Part shown: positions 59,083-64,000 of the stretch, one piece after another
Numbering within the stretch: the stretch's first letter is position 1
Layout: every line of letters starts with the position of its first letter
Assembly: GCA_963733055.1 (NCBI GenBank)
Contig: CAVTBR010000001.1
Location: forward strand, 864,001 to 928,000
Direction: 5' to 3'
Source of the DNA: Candidatus Bathyarchaeota archaeon
GTDB taxonomy: Archaea; Thermoproteota; Bathyarchaeia; 40CM-2-53-6
Length of the DNA stretch: 64,000 bases
Made by a program: the position numbers and the translations under genes
Notes under the pieces: model-generated
Told to the model about the DNA's origin: nothing
The model's input: only the letters and a program-made list of their open reading frames with translations
Databases searched by the model: none

Positions 59083-59385
59083 ATGGCCCAGAAAACGGCA
59101 ATAGTCACACTGCGCCTCTCACCCCGTGAAGCAAGACGAGTAAGCGCGGTTCAAGCGTTGACGCACCTGGATAAGGCAACACTCCTGAGGGATTTCATCG
59201 AGGACGGGTTGAGGAGGAGAGTCCTAGAATCCTACAGGGAAGGCCACATCACGTCCCAGAGGGCGGCCGATGTACTTGACATTCCCCTACGAGAATTCCT
59301 CAGCCTGCTGGAGAAGAATGGAATAGTTGTCAACTGGGACAGCGACCCAATCCGCGACTACATGACTAAACGCTACGGCGAATAA
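59083..59385 (+). CDS. Antitoxin, RHH plus UPF0175 family
   Basis: VTLRL...DKATLLR.FI..GL followed by YREGHIT..RAA.VL.IPL.EF..LL. Confidence 0.85.
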   Translation: MAQKTAIVTLRLSPREARRVSAVQALTHLDKATLLRDFIEDGLRRRVLESYREGHITSQRAADVLDIPLREFLSLLEKNGIVVNWDSDPIRDYMTKRYGE

Positions 59386-59388
59386 CCC

Positions 59389-59928
59389 GTGCCCGCCGTC
59401 GCCGACTCGGGCCCACTAATCCACCTAGCCCAGACAAATCAAATCCACCTGCTCAAACGCATCTTCGGAACAATAATCATCGTCCCCGTCGTTAAGCATG
59501 AAGCGGTGGACCAAGGAGGATTGTACCCTGACGCCAAACTTGTGGCAGACGGATTACAAGAGGGCTACATCACCGTCCGCAGACCCAATAGACAAATTTC
59601 AAACCGAGCCTCAAGACTCGCAAGGCAAGAGAAGATTTCCGAGGCCGACGCACAAACACTCCTCCTAGCCAAAGCCCTGAGAAAACCACTGCTAACAGAC
59701 GAGAAGATTCTTTCGACGCTGGCAAAGATGTACGGCCTTGAAGCCTGGAACACCTGGACGATCCTCTTGGAAGCCTTAAGAACGAAGAATATTGAGAAAC
59801 ACGAAATCCACCAAGCCATTAGCGAACTCGGAGACAGAAGACACAAACTCTCCCCCACCTACACGAAGCAGATCCTTGATGCCGCGGACCGAATCACCGC
59901 ATCGAAGACCAACAACCAAAGCAACTAG
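59389..59928 (+). CDS. PIN-domain toxin (DUF3368-like VapC)
   Basis: AVADSGPLIHLA, V..E, AD and LLTDE; coupled to the UPF0175 antitoxin. Confidence 0.87.
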   Translation: MPAVADSGPLIHLAQTNQIHLLKRIFGTIIIVPVVKHEAVDQGGLYPDAKLVADGLQEGYITVRRPNRQISNRASRLARQEKISEADAQTLLLAKALRKPLLTDEKILSTLAKMYGLEAWNTWTILLEALRTKNIEKHEIHQAISELGDRRHKLSPTYTKQILDAADRITASKTNNQSN

Positions 59929-60113
59929 CCAACGAAACTTAACCCCGAACAAAACCCACAGCTGAAACGCTAGGGTTTTGAAAATCAAAACGGTTGAGTC
60001 TCTCACTCTCTCTATGCCACCCAAACCTAACCACCCCTTATCCCACCCCTGAACACGGATCAGCCATATTCTGAATCTGTAAACCCCGTAGAGTTGGGAG
60101 TGAACGATAGGAA

Positions 60114-60467
60114 ATGGGACGTGGGAAGTGTAGGAGTTTGCTCCTCCTTACCCAAGAAGAGGCACACCGCCTAACCGACGCCCTAACCCCCTACCACATA
60201 TCAAAAAGCTTCATCATCCAAGAAGCCATCCAGCTCGGATTACAAACCCTAGACCACACAAACATTCCCGGGCCAAGAAGCAGAATACTCCAATTTCGTC
60301 TCCCCGCCAAACTCCACAAGAGGGTAAGAGAACTGGCTCAGGAACGGCACATTAGCCAACAAAGCCTCATCCGATATTTCCTCTTCACATACCTCTCCCA
60401 GTTGGAAAGAAAGAGCACCCCCCTAACAAAAGCCCGAAGCCACAACAGGAGAGGCGGTAGCTGTTGA
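60114..60467 (+). CDS. Tandem ribbon-helix-helix DNA-binding protein
   Basis: Two RHH repeats (LLLTQEEAHRL...ISKSFIIQEAI; QFRLPAKLHKRV...ISQQSLIRYFL); overlaps the next gene by 4 nt. Confidence 0.72.
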   Translation: MGRGKCRSLLLLTQEEAHRLTDALTPYHISKSFIIQEAIQLGLQTLDHTNIPGPRSRILQFRLPAKLHKRVRELAQERHISQQSLIRYFLFTYLSQLERKSTPLTKARSHNRRGGSC

Positions 60468-60877
60468 AGTTCAGGCATAAATCAAAATGGCAAGAGGCTG
60501 GCCCGATTAGAATCGCAACCTCCGACGAAGACAAACCCGAACACGAGCGGTTGAAGAAGGGAATCATCAAACTCCTCAACAAGTTCGGAGGATACGAACC
60601 CGACCTCGACGATATCTTCGTCGAAGAGATCGCCTCCTCCACCATATACTACAAGAAAATTGAACAATTCCTAGATACCGCCTCCGCAACCGAATACACC
60701 TACGCCAGCATCGCCGACTCTAAACTGAAATGGCAAAAAACCATCCAAACCGCCATGCGCGAACTCGCATTAACTCGCCGCGACCGCCTCGACCAAAAAG
60801 ACCAAACCAACTTCACCCGACAACTTCAGGAAGCCATAGACAAAGCGAAAAAGGCAAAGAAACATTGGGCGATCTAG
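60464..60877 (+). CDS. Putative terminase small subunit
   Basis: Helical 137-aa protein overlapping the terL start; ELALTRRDR resembles the ELGLTPxxR motif of P27-type TerS. Confidence 0.6.
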   Translation: MKFRHKSKWQEAGPIRIATSDEDKPEHERLKKGIIKLLNKFGGYEPDLDDIFVEEIASSTIYYKKIEQFLDTASATEYTYASIADSKLKWQKTIQTAMRELALTRRDRLDQKDQTNFTRQLQEAIDKAKKAKKHWAI

Positions 60878-62202
60878 AGAAAGCCATCCGTGAACTCACC
60901 GAAATCTACCTCCAAGCCCTCACCGACGAAGTTGAGTTCGCTAGGAAGATCCTAGACTTCAACCCCTTCCCCTACCAAGAAGAATTCCTACGCGACCGAT
61001 CCCCGTTGATTGTAGCGTGTTGCGGCAGGCAGGTTGGAAAAACCACCCTAACCGCCATCAAAGCCCTCCACTACGCCCTATCCCAAGACACCACCCGAGT
61101 GCTGATCGTAAGTGCCGGACTAAGACAATCCAAGATATTATTCAACAAAATCCTAGGATACATCGACACCTCCCTACCCCCCAAAGTGTTGACCACCAAG
61201 AAAACCAGCACCCAGGTCAGGTTCGCGAACGGCTCCGAAATAGTAGCCCTACCCTGCGGCCATGATGGGGTAAGCCTCCGCGGCTACACGAGCGACCTCG
61301 CCATAGTCGACGAAGCCAACTTCATGCCCCCCATCGTCATAGACTCCGTCATCAGACCAACAACAATAACCCGACCAGACGCCCGAATCATTATGGTCTC
61401 AACCCCCTGGACCAGAAACCACCCATTCTACGACGCCCTAACCAAACCCGACCAAGGCTTCAAAGCCTACACCTGGCCAAGTTCAATGAACCCGCTAACC
61501 ACAAAGGAGAAACTTGAAGTTGAAAGGAAGACGATTGGAGAGTATGATTTCAACCGCGAATACAACGCCAACTTCCTCGACGACCAATTCAGCTACTTCC
61601 CAAGCAAACTCATCCTAACCTGCACCGACGACTACACCCTCACCGATCAATCCCAAATCAAGTATACACCCAAAGGCAAATACTATGTTGGCATAGATTT
61701 CGGCAAACACGTCGACCACACAGCCATCGCCATAGTAGAAGAACAGAACGACCACTCCCTCCGACTAGTTTACCTCCAAGAACTCCCACTGGAAACCCCC
61801 TACACCACCGCAATAGAAACCATCCACACATTACAAGCCGCCTACCAATTCAGAGGCGGACGCCTCGACCAAACTGGAGTCGGGGAGGCGCCCTTTGAAG
61901 AAATAAGAAAATTCGCCCCAACCATCCAAGGCATCAAATTCACCGCCCCCATCAAAGAAAACATCCTCAGCAAACTACTACTCAAAATGGAACACCACGA
62001 AATCACAATACCCAGAGAACCACAACGCCTCCTCACACAACTAACCCAACAACGCTGCGAACCAACCCAGAGCGGGAACCTGAAGTTCTCGCACCCGGAG
62101 GGAACCCACGACGACCTCGCCTGGGCATTCGCCCTAGCCGTATACGCATACCCAGGAAACCTAGACTGGATGGGCACAGTAATCGGCGTACCCCATTCCT
62201 AG
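60865..62202 (+). CDS. Terminase large subunit (ATPase + RNase H-like nuclease)
   Basis: PYQ adenine motif, Walker A GRQVGKT, Walker B IVDEA, STP coupling motif, nuclease GIDFG, DQTGVG and HDD; probable TTG start at 60865. Confidence 0.93.
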   Translation: MGDLEKAIRELTEIYLQALTDEVEFARKILDFNPFPYQEEFLRDRSPLIVACCGRQVGKTTLTAIKALHYALSQDTTRVLIVSAGLRQSKILFNKILGYIDTSLPPKVLTTKKTSTQVRFANGSEIVALPCGHDGVSLRGYTSDLAIVDEANFMPPIVIDSVIRPTTITRPDARIIMVSTPWTRNHPFYDALTKPDQGFKAYTWPSSMNPLTTKEKLEVERKTIGEYDFNREYNANFLDDQFSYFPSKLILTCTDDYTLTDQSQIKYTPKGKYYVGIDFGKHVDHTAIAIVEEQNDHSLRLVYLQELPLETPYTTAIETIHTLQAAYQFRGGRLDQTGVGEAPFEEIRKFAPTIQGIKFTAPIKENILSKLLLKMEHHEITIPREPQRLLTQLTQQRCEPTQSGNLKFSHPEGTHDDLAWAFALAVYAYPGNLDWMGTVIGVPHS

Positions 62203-62278
62203 ACTGAAGACAGAGGAGCATTGGCAAGCAGCGGCGTAAGCGAGAAGCCCCCGGCCCCTTGGCGTAAGAGGAGGCCAC

Positions 62279-62324
62279 GTAAGGAATCCTTACTTACTAG
62301 AACATTACTAGAAGCCTTACTAGA
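62279..62324 (+). promoter_or_regulatory. Probable AbrB-antitoxin operator array
   Basis: GTAAGG-AAT-CCTTAC palindrome (62279-62293) plus TTACTAGA at 62294, 62305 and 62317, just upstream of the GTG start. Confidence 0.6.
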
Positions 62325-62335
62325 GGCATATTTCG

Positions 62336-62632
62336 GTGGCGGCAAGCCAAGTCGTGAAAATAACTTCAAAGGGACAGTTTACGCTTCCAGTTGAAATACG
62401 GAGAGAACTGTCACTGGGCAAAGACAGCCACGTCTATGTTACGAAACTGGGGCGACTCATTGTAATCAAGAAGGTTGAGGAATTGTCCTTGGATGACATC
62501 TCAGCCATCCTCGAACCCCTTGCGAAAAGAAACGGCCTCACGCGCAGGATACTCATGGAAGATATTGAGAAGGCAAGGGAGAAAATGCTTGGAGAGAAAC
62601 AAGGCAAAGCCCACCCCCACCGTTCTCATTGA
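62336..62632 (+). CDS. AbrB/MazE/SpoVT family antitoxin
   Basis: VKITSKGQFTLPVEIRRELSL. Confidence 0.9.
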   Translation: MAASQVVKITSKGQFTLPVEIRRELSLGKDSHVYVTKLGRLIVIKKVEELSLDDISAILEPLAKRNGLTRRILMEDIEKAREKMLGEKQGKAHPHRSH

Positions 62633-63044
62633 CACAAACATCCTCGTTTCCGGCCTAGTATTCCTTGACGGTAATGAGCATCGAATACTCAAACTTGCAG
62701 AAGACAAAGCCATAACCCTCGTCCTACCTGACTTCGTACTGAAAGAAGCGAGGGCCGTCCTAAGCCGCCGCTTCCCAGGCCATGAAATATTCCAAGATGC
62801 GTTTCTTCTGCGAGTGAAGCACACCATAGTTCCTTGGAACCGAATCGAACAAGACATCCCCATCCACCGGAGCGAGGTCAGAGACGCAAAGGACGTAGCA
62901 GTGCTGACCTCGATAATTCTAGCCAAACCCGATTTCGCAATAACAGGAGACAAGACTCTAAGAGAGGACATAAAGCACTGCCACGACGCTCAGACCACAA
63001 CTCTTTGCTCTTCAAATGAACTCCTAAAGAAAATCGCGAAATGA
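62589..63044 (+). CDS. PIN-domain toxin (VapC-like)
   Basis: VLIDTNILVSG, E, RD.KD and ITGD; probable TTG start at 62589. Confidence 0.88.
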   Translation: MERNKAKPTPTVLIDTNILVSGLVFLDGNEHRILKLAEDKAITLVLPDFVLKEARAVLSRRFPGHEIFQDAFLLRVKHTIVPWNRIEQDIPIHRSEVRDAKDVAVLTSIILAKPDFAITGDKTLREDIKHCHDAQTTTLCSSNELLKKIAK

Positions 63045-63299
63045 GCTTAGCATACACGGACACCCTTCCCTGGAACTCTTCATGAGCACCCCTATGGACG
63101 GCTACTACATCGACCTCGGTTCCGCAAGATTCTTCGCGGCGCCGTGGCGATTTCGCGAGAGGATGGCGCCTAGGATTTTCGATACGAAACTTAGTCTGGT
63201 GCAGAAAGCATCTTTAGTTCCAGCGTGAAACTTGAAGAGGAAGGCGCGATCCTCAAGAAGTTCAATCCCTTAAATACATGTCATACATGTTATACGTAC

Positions 63300-63509
63300 A
63301 TGACAGAAGCTGTGTCCGTTAGACTTCCAGAGGATACGGCCAGACGACTAGAAGAACTGGCCCAAGTACTTGAACGTCCGAAGACCTACATTGTCACGAA
63401 GGCTCTGCAGGAATATCTGGAAGAGTACGAGGATTACCTGATTGCAATGCACAGGTTAAACAACAAAGCCGATAAAGTGATCTCAGAGAAAGAACTGGTC
63501 AAGAGTTGA
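63300..63509 (+). CDS. RHH antitoxin (RelB/CopG-like)
   Basis: MTEAVSVRLPE....RLEELA...ERPKTYIV..AL.EYLEEYEDY; TACATGT repeats upstream. Confidence 0.88.
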   Translation: MTEAVSVRLPEDTARRLEELAQVLERPKTYIVTKALQEYLEEYEDYLIAMHRLNNKADKVISEKELVKS

Positions 63510-63760
63510 CCAGTAACATTTTCTACAAATCTTCCGTCCGCCACGACCTCAAGAAGATTGACCCGAAGAACCTGACGAGAATACTTCGTGAGATAAGAGA
63601 GGTATTGGGAAATAACCCTCATGCAGGCGAAGCATTACGTGGAGAGTTCAAGGGACTATACAAGCTACGCGTCGGTGACTACCGGGTTATCTATGCTCTC
63701 ATAAGTCAAGGGGTGCTTGTGCTGAGAATTAGGTACAGAAGTAAGGCCTACGACTCCTGA
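63506..63760 (+). CDS. relE: RelE/ParE family toxin
   Basis: L.G...GLYKLRVGDYRVIY...IRYR..AY; 4-nt overlap with the antitoxin. Confidence 0.9.
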   Translation: MTSNIFYKSSVRHDLKKIDPKNLTRILREIREVLGNNPHAGEALRGEFKGLYKLRVGDYRVIYALISQGVLVLRIRYRSKAYDS

Positions 63761-63786
63761 GGACGATAGGTACGGTGATTGGTAGC

Positions 63787-64000
63787 TTAGACGGTGACGG
63801 TAATTAGTTCCAACTTGTCCGGTTTCTGTGCCTCGGCACGCGTGTTAAGTTCTTCAAGCACTAACTCGATCGCTTCCCTGATGTTCGAAAGCGCGTGCTC
63901 AGTTTCCCCCTGGCTTATGGCCGCAGGTAACTCAACACACCTAACCGAGTACGCTCCCGTATCCTCCTTCTTGAGGGCAACAGTAAACGTGAGACTCTTC
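63787..64000 (-). CDS. hicB: HicB family antitoxin (5' end beyond window)
   Basis: Manual read: KSLTFTVALKKEDTGAYSVRCVELPAAISQGETEHALSNIREAIELVLEE...TV*. Confidence 0.82.
   Translation of the reverse strand, partial: KSLTFTVALKKEDTGAYSVRCVELPAAISQGETEHALSNIREAIELVLEELNTRAEAQKPDKLELITVTV

Larger units (their letters stand above)
58894..64000. mobile_element. Accessory island: TA modules around an orphan RHH-TerS-TerL operon (right end beyond window)
   Basis: Terminase genes, three TA pairs plus HicB, strong C/A strand skew and a repeat at the left edge; no integrase seen. Confidence 0.55.

Noticed and set aside
59937-59999. attC-like site after the PIN toxin (ACTTAAC...CAAAACCC...GGGTTTTG...GTTGAGT)
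   Set aside because: Arm spacing is asymmetric (6 vs 12 nt), a competing palindrome GTTTTGA-AAA-TCAAAAC overlaps it, I saw no similar sites after the other TA modules, and no integron integrase is in view.
233-63622. Numerous short antisense or nested ORFs in the track (e.g. 5868..6275, 12621..13238, 19600..20157, 30616..31119, 62501..62971)
   Set aside because: They are shadow ORFs overlapping well-supported genes and lack motifs.
58894-64000. Complete provirus
   Set aside because: Only terminase genes are virus-like; no structural, replication or integration genes lie within the window.

Overview
This is a 64-kb archaeal chromosomal segment. The archaeal call rests on CobZ/CobY, MptB, TrmB, V4R, a thiolase-DUF35 pair, an F420-binding FrhB/FpoF subunit and very frequent TTG starts. 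A TACK lineage such as Bathyarchaeia is my inference only. Positions 1-52.8 kb are mostly metabolic: a frameshifted M1 aminopeptidase, a cobamide nucleotide-loop and alpha-ribazole salvage cluster (cobZ-cobS-cobY-cblT-cblS), three CBS proteins, a CoA-thioester cluster around an orphan diiron protein, a radical SAM/TetR-led coproporphyrin-dependent heme operon lacking cgoX/hemY, small secreted proteins, thrB/thrC, serS, mptB, B12-dependent nrdJ and queC. From 52.9 kb the sequence is accessory. It carries two copies of a structured repeat with a 24-bp identical core and tracts of extreme strand skew. It also holds an intact RHH-TerS-TerL (viral terminase) operon with no portal, capsid or integrase gene in view, embedded among three toxin-antitoxin pairs plus a HicB antitoxin cut by the window edge. 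That orphan terminase island is the best candidate for an undescribed system. No rRNA, tRNA or CRISPR array was recognised. All calls come from motif reading only; no searches were run.
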